Positions 17,844 to 26,544 of a DNA stretch of 64,000 bases are shown here, one piece after another (the stretch's first letter is position 1; each line of letters starts with the position of its first letter). This DNA comes from Actinomycetes bacterium. Its GTDB lineage: Bacteria; Actinomycetota; Acidimicrobiia; Acidimicrobiales; SZUA-35. The stretch is taken from NCBI GenBank assembly GCA_024276425.1, contig JAJRXF010000013.1, positions 16,364 to 80,363 of the forward strand, in the 5' to 3' direction. A program made the translations under genes and the position numbers. Under the pieces are notes generated by a model. It had not been told where the DNA came from and made no database searches. It saw only the letters and a program-made list of their open reading frames with translations.

Positions 17844-20339
17844 ATGTCGGAAGCTGTTTCCGTAAGCGGGACCGTCACCAGTGGTGATGGCCCCGAACTA
17901 ATCCTCGAGACCGGAAAGCTGGCTGGTTTGGCCAGCGGTTCGGTAATGGCCCGAATGGGTGATACCAGCGTTGTGGTGGCCGCAACTGGCGCCAAGCATG
18001 TGCGTGAGGGCATTGATTTCTTTCCCCTTACGGTGGACGTCGAAGAGCGCTCCTATGCCGCAGGCAAGATTCCCGGCTCGTTCTTCCGTCGCGAAGGCCG
18101 AGCATCTGATGCCGCCACCCTGACCTGTCGTTTGATCGATCGGCCGTTGCGCCCGTCTTTCCCTAGCGACTACCGCAATGAAACCCATGTCGTAGTGACC
18201 GTCCTGTCCGCTGATCAGAAAAATCCCCACGACGTACTAGCTATCAATGCCGCTTCGGCCGCCCTGATGGTTTCTGATGTGCCCTTTGACGGGCCCATCG
18301 GCGCCGTTCGTCTCAGCTACACAACCGATGGCGAATGGCTGCCACATCCTACCTACCAAGAGGGAGACGAAGGTTCCTTCGAAATCGTCGTTGCTGGCCG
18401 TCAGCTAGAGGATGGCTCTGTTGCGGTCATGATGGTCGAGGCTGGTGGTACCGAATCCTCGTGGAACAACTACGAAAATGGTGCGCCCAAGGTTGATGAG
18501 ACTGCATTGGCCAACGCGCTGGATGAGTCCGAGCGATACATCAAAGAGTCCATCGCATTGCAAAACCAACTGGTGGAGGCCAACGGTGGTCGCAAGGCTC
18601 CAATGTCCTTCCCGCAGATGGCTGACTACACCGATGAGCAGATGACTGCGGTGACCAAGGCGGCCGAGGCCAAGCTTACAGAAATCATGGCCATTGCCGA
18701 CAAGGCCGAGCGCGGCGAGTCCGAGTCCGCTCTTCGTGATGAGGTAGTAGCCAGTTTGACCGAGGCCTTCCCTGACTCAGAAAAGCAACTCAAAGCAGCG
18801 TTCCGATCACTATCCAAGACCATCGTCCGTCGACGAATCGTCGAAGAAGGTGCTCGTATCGACGGCCGCAAGACCGACGAACTCCGCCCCGTGAGCGCCG
18901 AGGTCGGATACGTGCCTCGCGTGCATGGATCGGGCCTATTCCAGCGAGGTGAGACCCAGGTTCTCAACATCACCACTCTGGGCATGAAACGCATGGACCA
19001 GATGATCGACGGCATCGATACCACCGATCGCAAGCGCTACATGCACCACTACAACTTTCCCCCGTTCTCCACCGGAGAAACTGGATTCATGCGCGGCCCA
19101 AAGCGCCGAGAAATTGGTCATGGGCTGTTGGCCGAACGTGCGCTGCTACCGGTCATTCCCAGCCTGGAAGAGTGGCCCTACACGCTCCGTCTGGTCTCGG
19201 AGGTCCTGAGCTCAAATGGTTCAACCTCGATGGCCTCAGTTTGTGGCTCGACCTTGTCGCTTATGGATGCTGGCGTACCAATCAAGGCGCCTGTCGCTGG
19301 AATCGCCATGGGCTTGGTCTACGCCGAAGGGAAGTACACCACCCTGACTGACATTCTTGGAGCCGAGGATGCCTTCGGCGACATGGACTTCAAGGTTGCC
19401 GGTACTTCCGATTTTGTGACTGCTTTGCAGCTTGACACCAAGATCGACGGCATCCCCGCCGATGTGCTGGCCGCCGCCCTCAATCAGGCCAAGGAGGCCC
19501 GTTTGGCCATCCTTGCGGTCATGCACGAAGCCATTGCTAGTCCTCGCGAAGATGTTCGAGAGGGGGCACCCAAGATCATTAGCTTCGAGATCCCAGTCGA
19601 CAAGATTGGTGAGGTCATCGGACCAAAGGGCAAGGTAATTAACGCCATTCAGGGCGAGACCGGTGCTGACATAAGCGTGGATGACGATGGTGTCGTTGGT
19701 GTTGTCAGCATCTCGGCTACTGACAAGGAAGTTGTCGACGAAGCCGAGCGTCAGATCCGGCTTATCCTCGATCCTCCAACTGCTGACGTGGGTCAGACCT
19801 ATCCGGGTCGAGTGGTGAACATCACAAAGTTTGGTGCTTTCGTCAACATTCTTCCAGGACGAGATGGGTTGCTTCACATCTCCAAGATTGGACAGGGCAA
19901 ACGCATCGACAAGGTTGAGGATGTGCTCGAGCTTGGTCAAGAGGTGGATGTGGTTGTGGTCGATATCGACCCTAACGGCAAGGTTTCTCTGGCCATGGCC
20001 GGCGACACCTCAGCCACGAGTGACTCGGGAGACTCCGATTCTCGGGGTGGTCGTTCGGACCGTGGAGATCGGGGTGGTCGTTCGGACCGTGGAGATCGGG
20101 GTGGTCGTTCGGACCGTGGAGATCGGGGTGGTCGTTCGGACCGTGGAGATCGGGGTGGTCGAGAGGCTGACACTGGCTTGGACCGACCATCGACCTCGAT
20201 GAGTTTTGACGACGGGGACGCGGTCGCTGACTTTGGCGACCTCGGTCCAGAAGGTTCGGCCGTGCCGTCAGAAAGTAACCGCGGTGGCAGGGGCCGAGGA
20301 CGTAGCGGAAACGGCCGTGGTCGAGGTCGGCGTGATTGA
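17844..20339 (+). CDS. pnp: Polyribonucleotide nucleotidyltransferase (PNPase) with ~110-aa RGG/RD-rich C-terminal tail
   Basis: ATG 17844 has a strong RBS. Motifs: 'FFRREGR', two RNase PH domains, KH 'GPKGKVINAIQ', and S1 'GRVVNITKFGAFVNILPGRDGLLHIS'. The tail reads '(GGRSDRGDR)x4 ... NRGGRGRGRSGNGRGRGRRD'. Confidence 0.95.
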   Translation: MSEAVSVSGTVTSGDGPELILETGKLAGLASGSVMARMGDTSVVVAATGAKHVREGIDFFPLTVDVEERSYAAGKIPGSFFRREGRASDAATLTCRLIDRPLRPSFPSDYRNETHVVVTVLSADQKNPHDVLAINAASAALMVSDVPFDGPIGAVRLSYTTDGEWLPHPTYQEGDEGSFEIVVAGRQLEDGSVAVMMVEAGGTESSWNNYENGAPKVDETALANALDESERYIKESIALQNQLVEANGGRKAPMSFPQMADYTDEQMTAVTKAAEAKLTEIMAIADKAERGESESALRDEVVASLTEAFPDSEKQLKAAFRSLSKTIVRRRIVEEGARIDGRKTDELRPVSAEVGYVPRVHGSGLFQRGETQVLNITTLGMKRMDQMIDGIDTTDRKRYMHHYNFPPFSTGETGFMRGPKRREIGHGLLAERALLPVIPSLEEWPYTLRLVSEVLSSNGSTSMASVCGSTLSLMDAGVPIKAPVAGIAMGLVYAEGKYTTLTDILGAEDAFGDMDFKVAGTSDFVTALQLDTKIDGIPADVLAAALNQAKEARLAILAVMHEAIASPREDVREGAPKIISFEIPVDKIGEVIGPKGKVINAIQGETGADISVDDDGVVGVVSISATDKEVVDEAERQIRLILDPPTADVGQTYPGRVVNITKFGAFVNILPGRDGLLHISKIGQGKRIDKVEDVLELGQEVDVVVVDIDPNGKVSLAMAGDTSATSDSGDSDSRGGRSDRGDRGGRSDRGDRGGRSDRGDRGGRSDRGDRGGREADTGLDRPSTSMSFDDGDAVADFGDLGPEGSAVPSESNRGGRGRGRSGNGRGRGRRD
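20044..20161 (+). repeat. Perfect 27-bp tandem repeat, 4 full copies plus a 10-nt partial fifth, inside the pnp 3' end
   Basis: ggggtggtcgttcggaccgtggagatc occurs at 20044-20070, 20071-20097, 20098-20124 and 20125-20151, then ggggtggtcg to 20161. Confidence 0.95.
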
Positions 20340-20384
20340 TCTCGGAGTCAGGCACTGACCCACCGTTGAGGCTCAGAGGCTCAG

Positions 20385-20446
20385 GCTGACACCACCTACT
20401 CTCTTTGCATTGGGCAACTACTCTCTTTGCATTGGTTGGTGTCAGC
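20385..20446 (+). promoter_or_regulatory. 10-bp-stem hairpin enclosing two 18-bp direct repeats, between pnp and dapB
   Basis: gctgacacca (20385-20394) pairs with tggtgtcagc (20437-20446). The loop contains ctactctctttgcattgg at 20396-20413 and 20418-20435, a 22-bp period. Confidence 0.6.
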
Positions 20447-20466
20447 TTGACTCCTAGCCTCTAAGG

Positions 20467-21264
20467 ATGGGATCCAAGTTGCGGGTAGGAGTTTTTGGCG
20501 CTGGTGGTCGAATGGGGAAAACGGTCTGTCAAGCCGTCTGCTCGGATCCTGACCTGGAGTTCGTGTCAGCTATCGATCCCCGATATGACGGCATCGATGT
20601 GGGCGAGGTAACTGGGGTCGAGGGCTGCTCGTTTGCCGTGTCGGGTGACAACAATGCACTGATCGTGTCCCGAACCGAGGTAGCGATCGACTTCACCCAC
20701 ATTGACGCGGCTCGTTCGAACCTGGCCTTTTGTGCCAAGAACGGAATCCACGCTGTGGTCGGAACATCCGGCTTTACCGTGGCCGACGAAGAAGGATTGC
20801 GAGACCAGTTCGTTCGCTCCAACTGTGTCATCGCCCCCAACTTCGCTATAGGGGCCGTGCTGATGATGCGCTTCGCCGAACTCGCAGCACCATTCTTTGA
20901 AACTGCTGAGATTATTGAGTTCCACCACGACAACAAGGTCGATTCGCCGAGTGGGACCGCCATCGCGACGGCGGAACGCATGGCGGGAGCCTCGAGTGAA
21001 TGGGCCCCGGATCCAACGGTCCGGGAGACAATCAAGGGGGCCAGAGGCGCTCGCTTGATCGGGGGAATCCCCCTGCATTCGGTCCGCATGCGAGGCATGG
21101 TTGCTCATCAAGAGGTCATATTGGGAACGGCTGGTCAGACTCTGACAATTCGCCATGATTCAAATGATCGCTCCTCATTCATGCCGGGGGTCCTCGTGGC
21201 GGCGAAACGGATTGGTGACCTGAAGGGACTCAGTGTCGGACTTGATGAGATACTTGGTGTGTGA
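20467..21264 (+). CDS. dapB: 4-hydroxy-tetrahydrodipicolinate reductase
   Basis: 'RVGVFGAGGRMGK' NAD(P)-binding motif and 'EIIEFHHDNKVDSPSGTA' catalytic motif. Confidence 0.95.
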   Translation: MGSKLRVGVFGAGGRMGKTVCQAVCSDPDLEFVSAIDPRYDGIDVGEVTGVEGCSFAVSGDNNALIVSRTEVAIDFTHIDAARSNLAFCAKNGIHAVVGTSGFTVADEEGLRDQFVRSNCVIAPNFAIGAVLMMRFAELAAPFFETAEIIEFHHDNKVDSPSGTAIATAERMAGASSEWAPDPTVRETIKGARGARLIGGIPLHSVRMRGMVAHQEVILGTAGQTLTIRHDSNDRSSFMPGVLVAAKRIGDLKGLSVGLDEILGV

Positions 21265-22166
21265 TGAGCGGCTCTTTAGAACCCACAGGGCGGAACGTAC
21301 CGTCCCCTCCTCCGGACCCAGTCCCCTTTCCGGTTGCCGATCATCAACTTAAGCCCGATCGCCGAAGTCATCAGAGTTATGAACTTCGCTCGGCCGAGGA
21401 GGCGTCTAAACTGCTCCATCGCGCCATCGAACTCGCTGATCAGGATGCTCAACAGTTGCCCGGGCTAGTCGATCGAGAAGGCCTGCTTGGGCAAGAGGCT
21501 CTTATTGAGATTGCTCGCGACCTTGACGTTCCGCTTGAGGCCCTCGCTGGGGCGGTCGTCGAAGCCAGGCTCAAGGCTGTTGGGGAGCAGCGCAGCCTCG
21601 TTGACCGGTTCGTCGGACCTTCTGAAGTTTGGGCCCGGCGGCTGACTGATGAGAGTGAATCCGAAGTGATGGATCGGTTGTATTCATGGCTTGAGCGAGG
21701 TCATGGGCTCCGGCCTCGGGAACGTCAGGATGGGGTCGTCGTTGCTCGGAAGCGGGGCGGTCTGGTTGGCAAAATTAGTCAGACTGTCCGTGGAGTTCAG
21801 GGCGTCGGAGGCCTGGACAAAGCTGAGCTAGTAGAAGCAGTTGTGGTTGACCTCGACCCGGAATCGCGTGGATCTGTTGGCTTGTCTGCCAATATCAGTT
21901 CGAAACGATCCGCCGCGGTCGCCACCGGTGCGGTGGTGGCAGCGGGTGGGACAATAGTGGTCTCCATCGTCACCGTTGTCACCGCCCCTATTGCCTTGGC
22001 GGCCCTTCCTTTCGCGGTTGGTGCAGGGTTGGCCACCAGCCGCATGATTCACGGCTCAACCGTTCGGGGCATGACCGACGCCGTCGAGGAAACGATCGAC
22101 GGCGTCGTGACCAAAACAGATCCGCCAGGGATTCTCGACGGCTTGTTCAAACGAAAGCCTCGCTAG
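21261..22166 (+). CDS. Hypothetical membrane-anchored protein (Pro-rich N-terminus, helical middle, hydrophobic C-terminal segment)
   Basis: 301 aa. The start (GTG 21261 or ATG 21264) overlaps the dapB stop. The C-terminal stretch 'AAVATGAVVAAGGTIVVSIVTVVTAPIALAALPFAVGAGLA' looks like 2 TM helices. No family recognised. Confidence 0.6.
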   Translation: MMSGSLEPTGRNVPSPPPDPVPFPVADHQLKPDRRSHQSYELRSAEEASKLLHRAIELADQDAQQLPGLVDREGLLGQEALIEIARDLDVPLEALAGAVVEARLKAVGEQRSLVDRFVGPSEVWARRLTDESESEVMDRLYSWLERGHGLRPRERQDGVVVARKRGGLVGKISQTVRGVQGVGGLDKAELVEAVVVDLDPESRGSVGLSANISSKRSAAVATGAVVAAGGTIVVSIVTVVTAPIALAALPFAVGAGLATSRMIHGSTVRGMTDAVEETIDGVVTKTDPPGILDGLFKRKPR

Positions 22167-22213
22167 CCTTCTGCTCGGCTGCGCCGGGATAGCGATGGCA
22201 AGGCACGATTAGG

Positions 22214-22726
22214 TTAGGTAAAGACTATCTGAGCACCCTCGCTCAGTTCGATGAAGTCGGTGGCGCTGATAATGCCGTCGACCTGTTCGACAAAGTCAGC
22301 GTCACTGAGGTGCATCATGTCTGCTGACATTCGGCAGGCCCAGAGTCGACCGCCGGCATCGCTAATGAGTTCCAGGAACTCTCGCACGCCGGGAACTTCT
22401 AGGTCCTCAATCTGCTTCTTCATCTTGTGGGTCGCCATCGCGGTCATTCCGGGCAATCCCCCCAAGCCCTGGGGCATATGCGAGGCAGTGTTGCCAACAA
22501 TGGTGAATTTGAGGTTGTCGACGGTCGTCTCGTGGATGATGTCCATTCCCCAGAATGTGAAGAAAATGTGGGTCTCGATTCCTTCACCCAGCGCAGCATT
22601 TGCCATCACGAGGGCGGGATAAACCATGTCGAGGTTTCCCTTAGAACAAATAAAGCAGATCTTTCGGTCGGTTTCCTCATCACCAAAGTTCGGCACGAGA
22701 TCGGCCTGAAGGTCGGTCATGGTCAT
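22214..22726 (-). CDS. DsrE/DsrF-like (DrsE_2-type) sulfur-relay family protein
   Basis: 170 aa. 'ICFICSKGNLDMVYPALVMANAALGEGIETHIFFTFWGMD' and 'WACRMSADMM' match the pattern I recall for DsrE2-like proteins. Family assignment is by eye. Confidence 0.7.
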   Translation of the reverse strand: MTMTDLQADLVPNFGDEETDRKICFICSKGNLDMVYPALVMANAALGEGIETHIFFTFWGMDIIHETTVDNLKFTIVGNTASHMPQGLGGLPGMTAMATHKMKKQIEDLEVPGVREFLELISDAGGRLWACRMSADMMHLSDADFVEQVDGIISATDFIELSEGAQIVFT

Positions 22727-22780
22727 CGGTTGTCCTTTCGTTGTAGGAGTTTTTGGGCCTGCTTGGTGGACTGGACCGTC

Positions 22781-23095
22781 TTAGACACAGCCCTGAGGTT
22801 TGGGGAGCCCAGCGATGTAGGACATCTTCTTGGCTGGTTTCTTAGGGAAAAGCTTGAACAACGTCTTGGTGGGCTTGCCCCCCAGGGTCGAGACTCTTCG
22901 AAGAGTTGCAGTCTCGCCTTGGGAGGCGAAATCCTCACGCAGGAAGCGGATGACCTCCCAGTGCTCCGGGGTAAGGGTCAGCCCAATGTTGGCGGCTAAC
23001 GCCTCTCCAATCTCGTCGTTCCATTCGTCGTACTTGGTCATGAAGCCTTCGTCGTTTACCTCAATGTCCGATGACGCAATCGTGATGGTTGGCAT
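22781..23095 (-). CDS. TusE/DsrC-family sulfurtransferase, single-Cys (TusE-like) type
   Basis: 104 aa ending in the diagnostic 'AGLPKPQGCV'. The position 11 residues upstream of the terminal Cys is Ser, not the second Cys of bona fide DsrC. Confidence 0.8.
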   Translation of the reverse strand: MPTITIASSDIEVNDEGFMTKYDEWNDEIGEALAANIGLTLTPEHWEVIRFLREDFASQGETATLRRVSTLGGKPTKTLFKLFPKKPAKKMSYIAGLPKPQGCV

Positions 23096-23131
23096 GTCAA
23101 TTCCTCCTGCTTGAAGGGTTCTGTTGTTCGT

Positions 23132-24445
23132 TTAGAAGGTTGGAACAGGGATCTCTGATTCGGTGTCGGGTGACTGGGGAGCACTGTCCTGTTCGAGGTC
23201 CAACTCGCTTGCCGGAGTCTTTCCGCTCATGGACATTGTTGGAGAGATGAAGAAGTTTCGTCCTGGTAGGAGTAGGTTCCAGTAGGCCCAGCGAAATCCG
23301 AGCTTGCCCTGATGGTTCAGACGGCTTTCGCCCAGAAGGTGGAATGGTCCGATCTTTGGGAACGGGTAGGTACCAGGAAGAGGCTCGGTGTTGTAGTTGA
23401 AGTCGATCAGGGAAGCCTTGCCTCCGCCGGACTCGATGAAGCAGTTCGCGTGGCCGTCAAATTCGTGGGTCATCGGCTGGCCCTGAATGTGCTGGAGGAA
23501 GTTTTGTTCCAATAACTCCACCGCGAAGTGGGCGACTGAGCCAGCTTTGGAGGTTGGAAGGTTGGATGCGTCCCCAATGGCAAAGATGTTGTTGTAGGCG
23601 TTGCTGAGCATGCTGTGCTTGTTGACTGGGACGTGGCGGAGTTCATCGCCGAGGCCCGAGCGTTCGATGTACTCAGCCCCCATATTGATCGGGACCGTTA
23701 CCAGCAGGTCGAATTCGAGTTCTCGCTCGTCAAAGGAAACCAACCTGCCCGAGCCAGCACCCCGACTGTCGATGTGTTCGACGTAGAAGTCGGTCTCGAC
23801 ATTGATCTGTCGATCACTCAGCATCTCGCCGAGGTACTTCGAGGCGACGGGTTTGGTAAAAGCTCCTGTCAAGGGAGTTACATAGGTGATGTCGACCTTG
23901 TCCCGGATGCCCTTGTCCCGAAAGAATGAATCAGCGAGGAAGGAGAACTCAAGTGGTGCTACTGGGCACTTGATTGGCATCTCAGTTATGTGGACCAGGA
24001 GCTTGCCGCCCGGCCAGTCCGAAAGGGTCTTGGCCAGGGCTTCAGCACCATCAAGGGTGTAGAACTGGTGAACCAGGCTGGCGCTAGCATCATCGGTTAG
24101 GTGTTTGGTTTCACCAGGCTGAACGGAGGTACCCGTGGCAATCACCAACTGGTCGTACTTCAGGACCGTTCCGTCGACCAGCCGAACCTGATTCTGGTCT
24201 GGTTCGACTAGGTCGATGGCTCCAAGGATGGAGTTAATGCCCTTGGCCAGGTACTTCTTTCGCTGTTTGGTGACGTCCCGACGGGTGTAGGTGCCGAAGG
24301 GGATGAAAAGTAGTCCTGGTTGGTAAACATGAATGGGGTCGTTGTCGACAACGGTGATCTGCCAATCGTCGGGCAGAGCCTTGTGTAGCCGGTTGGCGGC
24401 CATCGTTCCGGCGGTGCCGGCCCCGAGGATCAATAGGCGCTTCAT
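23132..24445 (-). CDS. sqr: Sulfide:quinone oxidoreductase-like FAD-dependent pyridine nucleotide-disulfide oxidoreductase
   Basis: Start at ATG 24445 gives 'MKRLLILGAGTAGTMAANRL' (Rossmann GxGxxG). 'VYQPGLLFIPFG', 'MPIKCPVAPLEF', 'IFAIGDASNLPTSKAGSVAHF' and 'GHANCFIESG' are typical of the SQR/NDH-2-like family. It is followed by the TusE-like and DsrE-like genes. Confidence 0.75.
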   Translation of the reverse strand: MKRLLILGAGTAGTMAANRLHKALPDDWQITVVDNDPIHVYQPGLLFIPFGTYTRRDVTKQRKKYLAKGINSILGAIDLVEPDQNQVRLVDGTVLKYDQLVIATGTSVQPGETKHLTDDASASLVHQFYTLDGAEALAKTLSDWPGGKLLVHITEMPIKCPVAPLEFSFLADSFFRDKGIRDKVDITYVTPLTGAFTKPVASKYLGEMLSDRQINVETDFYVEHIDSRGAGSGRLVSFDERELEFDLLVTVPINMGAEYIERSGLGDELRHVPVNKHSMLSNAYNNIFAIGDASNLPTSKAGSVAHFAVELLEQNFLQHIQGQPMTHEFDGHANCFIESGGGKASLIDFNYNTEPLPGTYPFPKIGPFHLLGESRLNHQGKLGFRWAYWNLLLPGRNFFISPTMSMSGKTPASELDLEQDSAPQSPDTESEIPVPTF

Positions 24446-24572
24446 GAGCAGTCCGATCAGTCGATGAAATGGTGTTGCTATCGGTGAAGCTAAGCCCGCA
24501 TCGAGAACTGCACTAGGGTCCGAATCCCCTGTGAAATGGGGAGTCTTGGAGCCGGTTTTCGTGACCTTTTCC

Positions 24573-25982
24573 CTACAAGGGTTGGACCGAAGAATCTGGT
24601 ACCCAGCTACCGTGAAATCCCAACGGAACACGCTGGGGAAGCATGATTCGAGCCACCGGTGATGCGGCCATGTCGGCCGCCTCAAGAATGTGGAGTTCGG
24701 AAGCTTCCTTCTCTGCGTCATAGACCATGACCATCAACCAGCCATCATCTTCGGCCTTTGAGTCGACCTTGGGAATGAAGATGGGTTCTGCCCCGCCAGC
24801 AGCGGAGCCATAGTCGTGAGAGGTTACCTGGCCGGTCGCGAAGTCGATTTTGTGGGTCGAGCCATGAACGGCGGGACGGGTGATGTCAAGCTCTGCGGTG
24901 TAGCCAAAACGGTGCTCGCGTAATCCGTATCGTGGGTTGTGTCGGGGAAACTCGTGGCCTCGGCCATCAACCTGTTGTTCATGAACGGTTCCCGCAGCCG
25001 GATCGATCGTCCAGCGATCCAAGGTTGGAGCGGTATCCAAGAACGGGCCAAGCTTGTCCGTCAAGAAGATCGTCTCATAGCGACAGAGGTCGACAACCAC
25101 TTTTCCATCCAAGGTGTCATAGGCATTGACCGGATGGAAGACCGCACAAGGTGACACCGGGCACCAGATAATGTCGCTGGCGGCTCCGTCGCGAGGGAGT
25201 AGCCCAACGCGGCACTCATGGTCCGGGTTCCAGGCGAAGGGAAGGTTGTAGCCTTCTTCCATCCGCTCAAAACTGAGCGTGACCCCAAGGTCATAAACAA
25301 TGGCGTAGCGGTCGGTGAGAGACATGTCGTGGACCATTGGCATGTCCGGAACCGGGATGTCGATGGTCTTGGTTACCTGGGCGTTTTGATCGACGACAAC
25401 ATAGTGCAGACTGTCCACAAGATCGGGCCATGCGTAGCAGATGGCGTGGAGTTCCTTAGTCGCCGGGTCGTACTTGGGGTGGGCGCTGAAAGGCCCCGAT
25501 AGCGTGCCGTGAAAATCGTTCCGCCCCAAAGTCTCCAACTCATAGGACAGCTCGACTGGTGTGCCCCCAGCCTCGATGAGAGCCCAGGTCTTACCTGCGA
25601 ATCCGGCGACATGGGTATTGGGCCCAAGGTAGCTCCGATTCCCAAAGTCGGGACCCCCTGGTGGTTGTTCACCCAATGCGTGAGCGACTCGGTCGCTGCG
25701 AACCCATCGATTCCGATACCACTGTGCCCGTCCATCTCCTAGTCGTATTCCGTGAACCATTCCGTCCCCCAGGAACCAGTGGTGCCGGTCGGGCCGGTCA
25801 ACCTCTCCGACCGGGTTGGGACCATTTCGTAGCCAGCGGCCGTTCAACTCTTCAGGGATCCGTCCAATGGTTGGCAGGTCCGTCGCTGTGAGTTCGTGCT
25901 CAACGGGACCACAGATTCCCGACAGATAGAAGTTCGGAGCACTGTCCTGCGGGGGAGCACTGTCTGGCGTTTGAGTAGTCAC
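24573..25982 (-). CDS. Carotenoid oxygenase family protein (CCD/RPE65-like dioxygenase)
   Basis: 469 aa, GTG start. 'LNGRWLRNGPNPV', 'HWFLGDGMVHGIRL', 'FSAHPKYDP' and 'GFHGSWVP' are typical carotenoid/stilbene cleavage oxygenase blocks containing the Fe-ligand His residues. Confidence 0.85.
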   Translation of the reverse strand: MTTQTPDSAPPQDSAPNFYLSGICGPVEHELTATDLPTIGRIPEELNGRWLRNGPNPVGEVDRPDRHHWFLGDGMVHGIRLGDGRAQWYRNRWVRSDRVAHALGEQPPGGPDFGNRSYLGPNTHVAGFAGKTWALIEAGGTPVELSYELETLGRNDFHGTLSGPFSAHPKYDPATKELHAICYAWPDLVDSLHYVVVDQNAQVTKTIDIPVPDMPMVHDMSLTDRYAIVYDLGVTLSFERMEEGYNLPFAWNPDHECRVGLLPRDGAASDIIWCPVSPCAVFHPVNAYDTLDGKVVVDLCRYETIFLTDKLGPFLDTAPTLDRWTIDPAAGTVHEQQVDGRGHEFPRHNPRYGLREHRFGYTAELDITRPAVHGSTHKIDFATGQVTSHDYGSAAGGAEPIFIPKVDSKAEDDGWLMVMVYDAEKEASELHILEAADMAASPVARIMLPQRVPLGFHGSWVPDSSVQPL

Positions 25983-26028
25983 GGGGCATCCCTCGGTTGA
26001 TGAAAACCTGATGGTAGTGGACCCCGAG

Positions 26029-26544
26029 CTAGGTTAGCTTGGCGTTGGGTTCGTTGCGGTCGTCTTCTGACCATGGGGTGCGAGGGGCGCCAAAGCATCG
26101 CAGATGGTCGAGAAGTTCGGGGAGGCAGATCGGGTACACCGGCTCTTGAACTTGACGAATCTCGTCGGCGGCGAGCCACGCTATTTCTTGAATAACTCGG
26201 TGTTCAACCTCGTCCCAAGCTTGGGGTGAGATAGCAAAGTTCGCTGGGGCCTTGATCCAAAAGAAGGTCTCGGTGCCCGAATACCACTGACCATCGTAGG
26301 GAAAGGTGGCCTGACGAATGAGCACGACGGGCCCAAGCTCGCCAATCCGCAGGCCAACTTCCTCCCACAACTCTCGGCGTGCCGCCTGGGCTGGTGTTTC
26401 GGCGTTCATTATGCCGCCACCGGGGGTCCACCAGAATCCGGGCTGGCCGGTGCGAGCTGGGTCGACCCCGCGAAGCAATAGTGCTCGGCCCGTTGGGTCG
26501 GTGACCAGGACCCGGCCGGACGAGCGGCGACGGTGGTCAGTCAT
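26029..26544 (-). CDS. NUDIX hydrolase
   Basis: Nudix box 'GGGIMNAETPAQAARRELWEEVGL'. Start ATG 26544 (MTDHRRR...) overlaps the stop of the upstream gene (ATGACTGA). Confidence 0.85.
   Translation of the reverse strand: MTDHRRRSSGRVLVTDPTGRALLLRGVDPARTGQPGFWWTPGGGIMNAETPAQAARRELWEEVGLRIGELGPVVLIRQATFPYDGQWYSGTETFFWIKAPANFAISPQAWDEVEHRVIQEIAWLAADEIRQVQEPVYPICLPELLDHLRCFGAPRTPWSEDDRNEPNAKLT

Noticed and set aside
17463-17887. ORFs of 109 aa (+) and 120 aa (-) in the rpsO-pnp spacer, considered as possible small proteins.
   Set aside because: They are Cys/Arg-rich with odd composition, have no RBS, and overlap each other. The region is better explained as a structured leader RNA.
24446-24721. 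A 92-codon N-terminal extension of the SQR-like ORF that overlaps the 3' end of the carotenoid oxygenase gene.
   Set aside because: The Rossmann fold begins immediately after Met93 (MKRLLILGAGTAG). The extension has non-protein-like composition and would overlap a well-supported gene by about 150 nt.
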